From assembly GCA_050952525.1 (NCBI GenBank), contig JBMNLC010000001.1, positions 231,992 to 295,991 of the forward strand: a DNA stretch of 64,000 nucleotides, given 5' to 3'. Below the pieces are notes generated by a model, which worked only from the letters and a program-made list of their open reading frames with translations, was not told the DNA's origin and made no database searches. Source of the stretch: Clostridia bacterium. GTDB taxonomy: Bacteria; Bacillota; Clostridia; Christensenellales; JBMNLC01. Of this stretch, positions 47,921 to 57,428 are shown in pieces. Both the position numbers and the translations under genes were made by a program. How positions within the stretch are numbered: position 1 is the stretch's first letter; the number at the start of each line of letters is the position of its first letter.

Positions 47921-48652
47921 ATGAAAATTGTTGAACTTTTATCCCGTAAGAATTCGGATCTATATGGAACGAAGCCGATAACCCTCGCTTTTCTGGGAGA
48001 CAGCGTCACCCAAGGCTGTTTCGAGGTGTTTCAAGTCGGGGAGAATGGCTTGGATACCGTGTATGATTATTAGCATGTATACCACAACAAGCTGAAGAAA
48101 ATGCTCAATACCTTGTTCCCTGTTGCACCTTTGAATATGATCAATGCTGGTATCGGGGGAGGGAGCGCCCCCAATGGTCTTGAGCGGCTGGAAAGGGATG
48201 TGTTGAGATTCTCACCGGATCTGGTGGTGGTATGCTTTGGCTTAAATGATGTCCATAATGGAGTCGACAAGGTGGATACTTATACAGATGCCCTGACTGG
48301 CATCTTCCGCAAGTTGAAGGCAGAAAAAATTGAGACCATATTCATGACGCCCAATATGATGAATACAATGGTAAGCCCGCATCTTCAGAGTGATTTCTTA
48401 AAAAGCATCGCCGAGCGCTTTGCCCAGGTACAAAACGGGGGCGATATGGATGTGTATATAGAGCATGCCCGTAAGGTGTGCAGGGCAGAAGGCATTCCTG
48501 TTTGTGACTGTTATAAAAAGTGGAAGCGCATTGCCGAATTAGGCGGCAATGTGACCGAGCTCCTTGCAAACTATCTGAATCATCCCACAAGGGATATGCA
48601 CCTGCTTTTCGCAAGCTCTCTTTTGGATATGATCCTGTTTGATCATCAATAG
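47921..48652 (+). pseudogene. SGNH/GDSL hydrolase with in-frame TAG at 48071-48073
   Basis: GGAGGG precedes ATG 47921. Block I (FLGDSVTQG) lies upstream of the stop. Blocks II/III (NAGIGG; VVCFGLNDV) and the C-terminal block lie downstream, in the same frame. Confidence 0.75.
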
Positions 48653-48733
48653 AATAAGGCAAGAGAATGGGGGAAAGCTGTATGGGGTCGATGGGACTAC
48701 CTTCCCAATGGTATAAAATAAGGAGGGAACCGT

Positions 48734-50041
48734 ATGAAACGATTGGTGCCCTGGTTTTTGATGGCTGCTATGCTTTTCAACCTGGCAGCCTGTGGTGAAG
48801 GGGGAAGAACTCAACAATCCGATATGATTGCAGCGAAATTGGTGGCAGGGCCGGTTTATCCCGAGAAGATTTCCTTCGATGATACGGATAAGTTAAATGA
48901 ACGGTGGGAGAAGAATCCAATCCAGAATGAAACCCTGGAAGCGATTAACCGCTTTTCCTACAACACCTCGGCAAAGGTTTTGGGGGAAGTTCAAACAAAC
49001 GCCTGCTACTCACCCCTTAGTCTCTATTATGCCCTGGCGCTGGCAGCCAGTGGTGCCGACGGTACCACCAGAGATGAACTGACTGCATTGTTGGGCATTG
49101 GGGATGTGGCTGATTTGTCCCAACAATGTGGGAACCTGTACTGCCAGCTCTATACAGTCTATTCGGAAAATGAAATTGCCAAGCTGAAGATCGCCAATTC
49201 CCTCTGGTTGGATCATGAAGTGAATGGGCGAAAGGTGGCCTTCAAGGATCGCTTCCTGGAAAATGCTACAGCGAATTTTTATGCCTCCCTGTTTACCGTC
49301 AATTTTGCCAATGAGGAAGCTGGTGAGGCAATGGGCAGGTGGATTTCCGAGAACACGGAGGGTACAATCACTCCGGAATTTGAGGTGAACCCCGATCAAA
49401 TCATGAACATCATTAACACAGTGTATTTTTGTGATGAATGGATAGACAGGTTCTATGTCGAGAATACGAAAGCAGATACATTCTACTTGGAGAATGGCGA
49501 TGGTGTTACTTGTGACTTTATGAATATAACTGACAACTCAAGTTTTTACAAAGGAGATGGATATATCCGATCTGACCGTCAACTTAAAGGAAATGGGATG
49601 ATGGTGTTTATATTACCCGATGAGGGAACCAGTGTGAATGATCTGCTGGCTACACCGGAAAAAATTCAGGAAATCTTTACACATGGTGATAAGAAATATG
49701 GTAAGGTAGTGTGGAGCGTCCCGAAATTTGAGTATAGTTCAAGCTTCAGCTTAATCGATGCCCTTAAGGAATTAGGGGTGAAGGCCGCTTTTTCGAAGGA
49801 GGACGCAGATTTTTCCGGTATGACCGACCAACTACCGTATATCTCCGGTGTTACACAGGAAACTCACATTTCGATTGATGAGAAGGGTGTGGAGGCATCG
49901 GCTTATACAGAAATTGAATACGTAGGTGCAGGAAGGCCGGAAGATAATGCCGAGATGATTTTGAACCGGCCGTTTATATATGGAATCAAAGTAGCCGGAA
50001 CGCTGCTAGTCGTAGGTGTATGCAAAAATCCTGCTTCTTGA
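48734..50041 (+). CDS. serpin-family serine protease inhibitor, predicted lipoprotein
   Basis: Lipobox LAAC after a signal peptide. Serpin N-terminal motif (YSPLSLYYALALAASGADGTTRDEL), hinge/RCL (EKGVEASAYTEIEYVGAG, 49880-) and C-terminal NRPFIYGI. Confidence 0.85.
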   Translation: MKRLVPWFLMAAMLFNLAACGEGGRTQQSDMIAAKLVAGPVYPEKISFDDTDKLNERWEKNPIQNETLEAINRFSYNTSAKVLGEVQTNACYSPLSLYYALALAASGADGTTRDELTALLGIGDVADLSQQCGNLYCQLYTVYSENEIAKLKIANSLWLDHEVNGRKVAFKDRFLENATANFYASLFTVNFANEEAGEAMGRWISENTEGTITPEFEVNPDQIMNIINTVYFCDEWIDRFYVENTKADTFYLENGDGVTCDFMNITDNSSFYKGDGYIRSDRQLKGNGMMVFILPDEGTSVNDLLATPEKIQEIFTHGDKKYGKVVWSVPKFEYSSSFSLIDALKELGVKAAFSKEDADFSGMTDQLPYISGVTQETHISIDEKGVEASAYTEIEYVGAGRPEDNAEMILNRPFIYGIKVAGTLLVVGVCKNPAS

Positions 50042-50197
50042 AATGGGGTCATCGTATTTTGAAAAGATTTTAACCGTACTTTATATCATCTGGATAATGG
50101 CATAGACTCAAATGTAATCGTCACATATTCAGGTTCAAGGATGAAGGACATCGATTTGTGAGGGAGCTGCGCAGCAAAAAGGATTATGGAGGTTATC

Positions 50198-50327
50198 ATG
50201 ATGAATCATAAAAAACCAACATGGGCTCCAAAGGTAAATCCGAATAAAATTAGAAGGTTGTACCAGCAAGATGCAAAAGGCATCTTAGATGATGAATTGC
50301 TTGATGATGTGGGGTACAGTTTATATG
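50198..50327 (+). pseudogene. 5' part of a small zinc-ribbon protein gene split by IS256 insertion
   Basis: GGAGG precedes ATG 50198 (MMNHKKPTWAPKVNPNKIRRLYQQDAKGILDDELLDDVGYSLY). The frame is restored across the IS. Confidence 0.75.
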
Positions 50328-50426
50328 GATCATGTATAATTAAGTTCGCAAAATAAAAAGAAGGAAAAACCATCGGCCACTCCGAATTTGGTAAGTGAGA
50401 GCAAACCAAGGAGGAGTGAAAAACCG

Positions 50427-51620
50427 ATGGCTTACTCTAATAATAAACTAAATTTAGAAAAAATGCTATTGAAATTTTTAGCGGATGAAGATCCGATGCT
50501 TTCTATGCTCAAATGGCTTTGTGAGCAGCTTATGGAAGTTGAAGTTACTGCTAAAATCAATGCCTCCAAGTCAGAACGCAACTCTCAACGTACAGGATAC
50601 CGCTCCGGCTATCGAGTTCGACGTTTTGATACACGTTTGGGAACCATGTACCTTTTTGTCCCTAAAATCCGCAAAGGTGGTTATGTCCCTTTCTTCGTCA
50701 CTGAAAAAAAGCGATCTGAAGTGGCATTGATGAATGTTATCCATGAAGCTTACATCAACGGTGTATCGACCCGTAAGATTGAAAAACTGGCAAAAAGTCT
50801 TGGTATTGATTCCATTTCCCGCGGCCAGGTCTCTCAGATCACCAAAGAGCTAAATGACCAGGTGGCTGCTTTTAGACAACGACCTCTGCAAGAAACTTAC
50901 CCGGTATTATGGGTGGATTCTTTATACGAGAAAATCCGTGTAGGTCACCAGGTTAAAAACCTGGCAATAGCTGTAGTAGTAGGTATCGATGAAAACGGTA
51001 AACGAGATATCTTGGCAATAGAGCCTATGTACGAAGAGTCTGAAGCAACTTACCAAAGCTTGTTTGAGAATCTTAAAGAACGTGGACTCAAGAATACCTG
51101 GCTGGTAGTCTCTGATGCACACAAAGGGCTTGTTAAAGCCATCCAGAAATCTTTTATCGGTTGTAGCTGGCAACGCTGTAAAGTGCATTTTATGCGTAAC
51201 ATCCTGGCTCATGTGCCGGCGAAGTGTAAATCAGAATTTGCCAAGAAACTGAAGCAAATCTGGTTACAACCTGATATAGAAAGTGCCAAGGCCTATGCAA
51301 ACTCGTTCATGGACACATACGAGAATCAATACCCTGGAGCCATAGAGGTATTAGAAGAAGGCCTTGAGGACTCGCTGCAGTTTTATGCCTTTAACCGAAT
51401 AGACTACCGGAAGATTTCATCCATCAATATCCTGGAGCGGCTTAACCGGGAGATCCGGAGACGAACAGCAGTCGTGGGGGTGTTTCCCAACATGGATTCC
51501 TACATTCGACTAATAACTACATATCTTATTGAGTATGCAGAAGAATGGTCCACAGGACGATCGTATATTAAGCCGGAAATCATTCAACTGACAAAAGAGG
51601 ATCTATGGAAAGTAGCATAA
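50427..51620 (+). CDS. IS256-family (mutator-type) transposase
   Basis: AGGAGG precedes ATG 50427. Motifs: RTGYRSGYR.R.FDTRLGT..L.VPK.R.G, VSTRKIEKL, LWVDSLYEK, VVSDAHKGL..AI, WQRCKVHFMRN. Confidence 0.9.
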   Translation: MAYSNNKLNLEKMLLKFLADEDPMLSMLKWLCEQLMEVEVTAKINASKSERNSQRTGYRSGYRVRRFDTRLGTMYLFVPKIRKGGYVPFFVTEKKRSEVALMNVIHEAYINGVSTRKIEKLAKSLGIDSISRGQVSQITKELNDQVAAFRQRPLQETYPVLWVDSLYEKIRVGHQVKNLAIAVVVGIDENGKRDILAIEPMYEESEATYQSLFENLKERGLKNTWLVVSDAHKGLVKAIQKSFIGCSWQRCKVHFMRNILAHVPAKCKSEFAKKLKQIWLQPDIESAKAYANSFMDTYENQYPGAIEVLEEGLEDSLQFYAFNRIDYRKISSINILERLNREIRRRTAVVGVFPNMDSYIRLITTYLIEYAEEWSTGRSYIKPEIIQLTKEDLWKVA

Positions 51621-51773
51621 TTTGGGGCTCTGCCCCAAACCCCGTCCTCGCCGGAGGGCAGCCGGTCTGTCATAGCAGAACGGGAAACAAAAGGATGAAT
51701 AGCAAATTGGAAATCAAGGGTCAAGATGAACTCGCTTACGCTCGCCCTTGATTTCCCCAAATACATTCAAATT

Positions 51774-51903
51774 TTTATATGCCATGCTTGCCATTCGGAG
51801 TTATTAAATAGATTTTGCGAACTTATATTGACACTAACTTTATATGCCATGCTTGCCATTCGGAGTTATTAAATAGATTTTGCGAACTTATATTGACACT
51901 AAC
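51774..51903 (+). repeat. perfect 65-bp tandem duplication of the IS256 right end
   Basis: 51774-51838 is identical to 51839-51903 by direct reading. Each copy holds the right inverted-repeat core. The 11-mer TTTATATGCCA that starts each copy recurs at 51910-51920 in the target. Confidence 0.9.
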
Positions 51904-51916
51904 GTTTATTTTATAT

Positions 51917-52483
51917 GCCAGATGTGATAGTATGCTGATGGTTTCATACGCCAATCTTGGCCATCCATTATGCATCCTATGCCGTACAGAAATGCCTCAC
52001 TCCTATGAGAAAGATTTTGTGACGGTTTGTCCTAAATGTGGGTGGACGATTACGATCGGGGAATATAAAAGTTCCTACAAAGGACAGACATTGAATGGGG
52101 TCGGTGCACTACCGGCACTAAAAAACTATGTAGAAAAGTTTCCTCGAGCAAAAATCGCTGCAGAAAAAATGCGATTAATTGATGCATTATTACACTCCTT
52201 TCATGGAGAACTTAGTGAGGAACCCTCTCGACCTACAGCAGTGAATGTGATTGATGCGAATATAGGCCAGGTGGCAAACCTGATTTATACATTGGCATAT
52301 GGTGAGAATAGTACGGCATCACGTGAAGCATTAGAGGTGTGGTTGGAGAAATTCAATCGTTCTATCTCCAGGAACATTGACCCGAAAACTGGCACATTAA
52401 AGCCCAATGTAAGCTACCTATATGAGGGTATCGGCAAGAAAGCAAAGAAAAAGCAAACAAAGAATAAGCAAACAAAGAGGTAA
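51917..52483 (+). pseudogene. 3' part of the IS-split zinc-ribbon protein gene
   Basis: Continues as ARCDSMLMVSYANLGHPLCILCRTEMPH....CPKCGW... with a Lys-rich tail. The listed start 51815 lies inside the IS end and is an artefact. Confidence 0.75.
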
Positions 52484-52590
52484 TATAGCATCTGAATACG
52501 CTCAAAGGAAGAAATAGTAACAAATAATAAAATTGAACATGCAAACGACTGATGTTAGAAAATATGCATTTAATAATGAGGAGAAGAACT

Positions 52591-53235
52591 ATGCAATATG
52601 ATATAGCAATTTTTGATTTGGATGGAACGTTGTTGGATACATCACCAGGGATTTTTAATTGTATAAGACACACGGAAGCCGAAATGGGCTTGCCACCGCT
52701 TGATCAAAAAAAATACGAGTTATTTCTTGGACCGCCGCTCTTTGAAAGCTATAAAAGAATATACGGATTAGGTGAGAAAGAAGCCATGGCGGCTGTAAGA
52801 TGCTACAGAGAGTACGGATCCTCAAAAGGCATATATGAAGCGGCCGTGTTTGAAGGAATTGAGGATTGTCTCCAAGCAATTAAGGCAAAGGGGATGAAAT
52901 TGGCCGTTGCTACGTTAAAATCCCAAGTACTCGCAGAAAAATCACTGCAATATTTCTCCCTGCATCACTATTTTGATGCAATTGTGGGGATGAATCGAGC
53001 AGAGTCTTTAACGAAAGCCGACACTATTCGGATCGCCCTTGAGAAAGTAGAACGGAAAAAATCTGAGAAAGTGGTCATGATTGGGGACAGCGAATATGAT
53101 GCAACAGGAGCGGCAGAAGCAGGGGTTGATTTCATCTGGGTTACCTATGGATTTGGATTCAAGCCTGGGGATAAACAGAAGCTGCCCTATAGATATATGG
53201 TAAGCACGCCAATGGACTTGTTGGACATTTTGTGA
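52591..53235 (+). CDS. HAD-family hydrolase (phosphoglycolate phosphatase-like)
   Basis: AGGAGA precedes ATG 52591. Motif I is FDLDGTLLDT. A late GDSEYD motif is present. Confidence 0.8.
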   Translation: MQYDIAIFDLDGTLLDTSPGIFNCIRHTEAEMGLPPLDQKKYELFLGPPLFESYKRIYGLGEKEAMAAVRCYREYGSSKGIYEAAVFEGIEDCLQAIKAKGMKLAVATLKSQVLAEKSLQYFSLHHYFDAIVGMNRAESLTKADTIRIALEKVERKKSEKVVMIGDSEYDATGAAEAGVDFIWVTYGFGFKPGDKQKLPYRYMVSTPMDLLDIL

Positions 53236-53410
53236 GTCAATGTGAACTGGCTTTTTGGATTAAACCGGTGTTGTTGGCAAACTCCATTGAACTATTATTG
53301 AATAGAATAGTCCGGAATGGTAGGAGAAAGTGCATAATCATATCTTTTTGAGGATTGACACCCGCTCAAAGCGCCATGAAAAGGTATCTCAATTTAAAGG
53401 GGCGAAAAAA

Positions 53411-55180
53411 ATGGGGAATTTCCGATATTTATTAAATCGTGCATGGAAATTGAGCAAACGCCTTTATGTCATAATAGCTGTCAAGAGCATCTTTTCCGCA
53501 TCTGTGCCCCTTATTGGCTTTGTAGGCCTTGGTATGGTGATTGATGCCCTTGTGACAGGACAAGCCTATGAGAAGATCCTTGCTTTACTAGGTTTATTTA
53601 CAGGGTTAACGCTTATCATGCAACTTTTTGAAGCATTCCTTAACTGGCGACACGATATAGAAGCCCGCATCGTTTCCAATGGGATTGCCTTTGATTTTAT
53701 CATGGACAATCTATATATTGACTATCATTATGTACAGGATAACAGCCTGGAAACTCGACGGCAACGGTCAATGGGGCTCGATCCCGGCTGGTTCGTGATG
53801 CTGCTGGGTAATCTCCTACAGTACATTGTGCAATTCGCAGGTATTTTGACTATTATTGTTTCCTTTGGACCACCTTTTCTCATGGTGTTGGCGTTCAGTT
53901 CGACCCTGCTGATTCTCCTTACCTTTATGAGGCAAAAGAACGAGTTTCAGCTGCGGGATAGCCAGGTAACGGATAATCGTAAGCTGGAATACCTCTTTCA
54001 AGTCATGTCTGACTATTCATATGCCAAGGAGGTTCGACTCAACCAAGCCGGTCAGTACATTGAAAACAAATATACCGGCATCCTTACCCATCAAATCCAG
54101 AAAGTGAAACATTTTTTCAAAAAAGCTTTGCTATACAACATTTCAGGCAGTCTTCTTAGCCTATCCCAAACGGTGGCAATGTACCTCTATTTCACCTATC
54201 TGGTCTGCACCGGAGCCACATCCATTGCAAAATATACTGTTCTGTTAGGTGCAGCAACAATGACCAATTCTGTATGTCTGGCCTTCTTCAACAATATCGC
54301 AGAAATCAAGCAAAAATGCAGCTATGCTAAGCTACACAGGGAATACCAGGACATGGTGAAGAAAAATACCGTCATTACCGTAAGCAATGCCAGGAAAGAG
54401 CGGGATATTGACTTTTCACAGGCTCAATTTACCTTTGACCATGTATCCTTTCGATATCCCAATTCCGAGGGCCTTGTGTTGAAGAACATCCATCTTACTA
54501 TCCACAGGGGAGAGCGTATTGGCATTGTAGGGCTTAACGGTTCAGGTAAAACCACCTTTGTCAAGCTTTTGACCCGTATCTATGATCCTACGGAAGGTGC
54601 CATTCTGGTAAACGGAGTCGATATCCGGGAGATCCCCTATCAGCAGTATAGTCAGCAAATTGCCGTTGTGTTGCAGGACTTTTTTCTGTTTGCTTACAGC
54701 GTGAAGGAGAATATCACCTATGATCAGCCTTATGATAGGGAGAGACTTGTGGCAAGCATTGAGAAAAGCGGACTTGCAAGTAAAATAGAGGCCTTGGAAA
54801 ATGGGGTGGATACCTCCGTGTATAAAGAACTGGATGATACAGGCATCGAGTTTTCTGGAGGAGAGGGGCAAAAGCTGGCACTGGCACGAGCCATCTATAA
54901 AGATGCTCAACTGTTGATCATGGATGAACCCACTAGCGGTCTCGATCCCATTGCCGAGTACGACTTATTCTCCCGACTGGATAGGATTGCGGAGGATAGG
55001 ACGGCCATCTTCATCTCCCACCGGCTCTCCAGTACCAAATTCTGTGACCGTATCCTTGTGTTCGATGATGGATCCATCGTGGAGATGGGAAGCCATGAAG
55101 AACTGTTGGCCAGCGATGGTCATTACGCTCAGCTCTTTCGCTCTCAAGCCAAATACTACAAAGAGAAGGGGGTAGGCTAA
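53411..55180 (+). CDS. ABC transporter permease/ATP-binding protein (exporter half-transporter)
   Basis: N-terminal 6-TM domain. Walker A GLNGSGKTT, signature FSGGEGQK, Walker B LLIMDEPTSGLD. Confidence 0.85.
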   Translation: MGNFRYLLNRAWKLSKRLYVIIAVKSIFSASVPLIGFVGLGMVIDALVTGQAYEKILALLGLFTGLTLIMQLFEAFLNWRHDIEARIVSNGIAFDFIMDNLYIDYHYVQDNSLETRRQRSMGLDPGWFVMLLGNLLQYIVQFAGILTIIVSFGPPFLMVLAFSSTLLILLTFMRQKNEFQLRDSQVTDNRKLEYLFQVMSDYSYAKEVRLNQAGQYIENKYTGILTHQIQKVKHFFKKALLYNISGSLLSLSQTVAMYLYFTYLVCTGATSIAKYTVLLGAATMTNSVCLAFFNNIAEIKQKCSYAKLHREYQDMVKKNTVITVSNARKERDIDFSQAQFTFDHVSFRYPNSEGLVLKNIHLTIHRGERIGIVGLNGSGKTTFVKLLTRIYDPTEGAILVNGVDIREIPYQQYSQQIAVVLQDFFLFAYSVKENITYDQPYDRERLVASIEKSGLASKIEALENGVDTSVYKELDDTGIEFSGGEGQKLALARAIYKDAQLLIMDEPTSGLDPIAEYDLFSRLDRIAEDRTAIFISHRLSSTKFCDRILVFDDGSIVEMGSHEELLASDGHYAQLFRSQAKYYKEKGVG

Positions 55181-55182
55181 GA

Positions 55183-56970
55183 GTGAAAAAGGGGTTTCAC
55201 AAATGGAAGCACACCTTTGGAATGACCAGGTATATCAGCCGGATGGAGCCCATGTATCCGTATCTCGCCTTGCCCCAAGCCATCCTTAAAGCTGTAATCC
55301 CCGTGATTCTGGTATACTTCTCCAAAGCTGTTCTGGATAGGTTGACGAACGGTGCGGCATATCAAGAGATTGTCCGTCTCATATTGGCCTATGGCTGTGT
55401 TTTGTTGGCTATTCACCTGCTGGTTGACCTTTTCAAAAATAGAACGGATCTGATACTGGAAATGTTCCCTAAGCGGTTTCAGGGGGAAATGGGCAAGACC
55501 ATCATGGGACTTCCATTCATGTATACAGAAAGGGCCACCGCTCGCACACTGATTCACCTTTCCGCTAACGCATCCCAGATTATCCAGGTACAAACACTGG
55601 TGCAGAATATCCTGACCGAGGCGATCACTGCCTTTTCTTTGGCGATCATCATCGTACAATTTGATATATTTTTCCTTGTATTGGTGGCGATGATCCTGTG
55701 TATAAGAATCTGGTTCACTACACGCAACCATCGCTATTTTAGAAGTAGAAGAAAGAGGCTTGCGGAAAATGACAGAATCGATTCTTATTTGCATAAGGCA
55801 CGTAACAGCGAAGGAGGCGCCAAGGAGCTGCGGGTGAATAGCTTGCAGGAATGGTTCACGGAAAAGGTGAAGCGCTCCCGGACAGAGATGCTGGATATCC
55901 AATTTGGATTTTTCAACCGGATGGCGCGCTATAATATGGTCATGGCAATGATCATGGCGCTCCAAACCCTGTGCATTTTGTGGATTCTTGTGAAGCGTTA
56001 CACCGATGGATTTATCTCCATCGGCGATTTTTCCCTGTACTATCAATCCGTAATCGCCCTGACGGCAAGTTTATCCTCCATAGCGGAGCACATCGGTAAA
56101 TATAGCGAGATGCAGGTCTACATGGCAGATTACCAAGAACTACTGACCCTTCATAGTGAGGATGCATCCTCTGAAGAAGTATCTTTAACTGAGAGTCATT
56201 TTATAGCTCCGGATAGATTCGAAATTGAATTTCGGCAGGTATCCTTTCGTTATCCTGGCACAGAGCAGGATGTGCTGCGGAACATCAATCTTACCATCCA
56301 TCATGGGGAAAAGTTGGTTCTTGTTGGTTTTAACGGCGCGGGTAAAACGACATTTGTGAAGCTCCTTTGCAAATTATATCGTCCAAGCAGCGGTGTCATT
56401 ACCTTGAACGGTATCGACATATGGAATATTCCCAATGGGATGTACTACAAAATGGTGGCTGCCGTGTTTCAGGACTTTGGGGATTTTGCCTTTACCCTCA
56501 AAGAAAACATTACCCTTGCCGAGGGTATCAATGAAGTAAGAATGGAAAGAAGCATATCGGATGCCGGTCTTTCGAGTTTTGTAGAAAGATTGCCCCAGGG
56601 ATATGAAACCTATTTGTCCCGGCGTTTTGATGAAAAGGGCTTTGAATTCTCAGGAGGGGAGCGGCAGAAGGTTGCCATCGCTCGTGCCCTTTACAAAGAT
56701 GCAGCGATCCTGATACTGGATGAGCCTACCGCCAGTCTTGACCCAAAGGCGGAAGAGGAAATCTACACAAGCTTTTTTCGCATTGCAGAACATAAGACTA
56801 CAATCTTTGTGTCCCATCGCCTGGCTGCTTCCACCATTGCGGACCATATCGCAGTGTTTCAAAAGGGAGAAATTATAGAATACGGCAGCCATACCGATTT
56901 AATAGAAGGGAAGGGTGTGTATGCGGAAATGTATGATAAGCAAAGCCAGTTGTATCGAACGAGTGTATAA
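55183..56970 (+). CDS. ABC transporter permease/ATP-binding protein (partner half-transporter)
   Basis: Starts 2 nt after the previous stop. Walker A GFNGAGKTT, signature FSGGERQK, Walker B ILILDEPTASLD. Confidence 0.85.
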   Translation: MKKGFHKWKHTFGMTRYISRMEPMYPYLALPQAILKAVIPVILVYFSKAVLDRLTNGAAYQEIVRLILAYGCVLLAIHLLVDLFKNRTDLILEMFPKRFQGEMGKTIMGLPFMYTERATARTLIHLSANASQIIQVQTLVQNILTEAITAFSLAIIIVQFDIFFLVLVAMILCIRIWFTTRNHRYFRSRRKRLAENDRIDSYLHKARNSEGGAKELRVNSLQEWFTEKVKRSRTEMLDIQFGFFNRMARYNMVMAMIMALQTLCILWILVKRYTDGFISIGDFSLYYQSVIALTASLSSIAEHIGKYSEMQVYMADYQELLTLHSEDASSEEVSLTESHFIAPDRFEIEFRQVSFRYPGTEQDVLRNINLTIHHGEKLVLVGFNGAGKTTFVKLLCKLYRPSSGVITLNGIDIWNIPNGMYYKMVAAVFQDFGDFAFTLKENITLAEGINEVRMERSISDAGLSSFVERLPQGYETYLSRRFDEKGFEFSGGERQKVAIARALYKDAAILILDEPTASLDPKAEEEIYTSFFRIAEHKTTIFVSHRLAASTIADHIAVFQKGEIIEYGSHTDLIEGKGVYAEMYDKQSQLYRTSV

Positions 56971-57428
56971 ATGGACTGATTGGGTTGATTAGGGAAATTA
57001 CATAGTATTGATGATCTTATAAAAGTGCACGGCGAGTACGCACGGCTATATCACTTGCAGTTTGTATGACCCACTCTTTTAGGATGGGAGGGATGCCGCC
57101 CTTTTCTTCCATCGACCCATGTAGAAATATATGGCTAGTAGGCTGGAGGACATGATCCAGGCGATGGGCCAGGTGAACCGAATGCCGGAGCATGAGAAGA
57201 AAGACAACAGGATATATAAACGGTCTAGGCGATGGTCCTGCTTCAATTACAGGTGAATGAATGTTAAAATAAAAGGGTAGGGCAATTGCCATATAAAAGA
57301 ACCCATTCATAGAATTACCAACGAATGGGCGTTGGAATGCTATGGATGGTTAGGCCTGTCCTGCCACAAATAGGGATATTTTGGACGGGAAGACTGCAGC
57401 AGTACAAAAGAGCAAGGGAGGAAGAACC

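Larger units (their letters stand above)
50328..51909 (+). mobile_element. IS256-family insertion sequence with 8-bp target-site duplication TTTATATG
   Basis: The duplication sits at 50320-50327 and 51910-51917. The terminal inverted-repeat core AAGTTCGCAAAAT occurs at the left end, and its reverse complement occurs twice at the right end. Removing the element restores an uninterrupted ORF. The exact right boundary (51903 or 51909) is unclear. Confidence 0.85.

Noticed and set aside
48071-48073. TAG as a pyrrolysine codon or evidence of an altered genetic code.
   Set aside because: TAA, TAG and TGA all terminate ordinary genes across the window. SGNH hydrolases are not Pyl proteins, and no pyl genes are visible here. 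Nonsense mutation is the simpler reading.
51815-51916. Listed ATG start of ORF 51815..52483.
   Set aside because: It lies inside the duplicated IS256 right end. The real coding sequence resumes at 51917 as the continuation of the gene that starts at 50198.
55177-56046. 289-aa minus-strand ORF.
   Set aside because: It is entirely antisense to the TM domain of the second ABC transporter, whose ABC motifs are unambiguous. It has no SD and no recognisable domain.
57017-57310. 97-aa minus-strand ORF between the ABC genes and uidA.
   Set aside because: No SD and no recognisable domain. It is hydrophobic at the N-terminus only and could be a remnant. The evidence is insufficient to call a gene.
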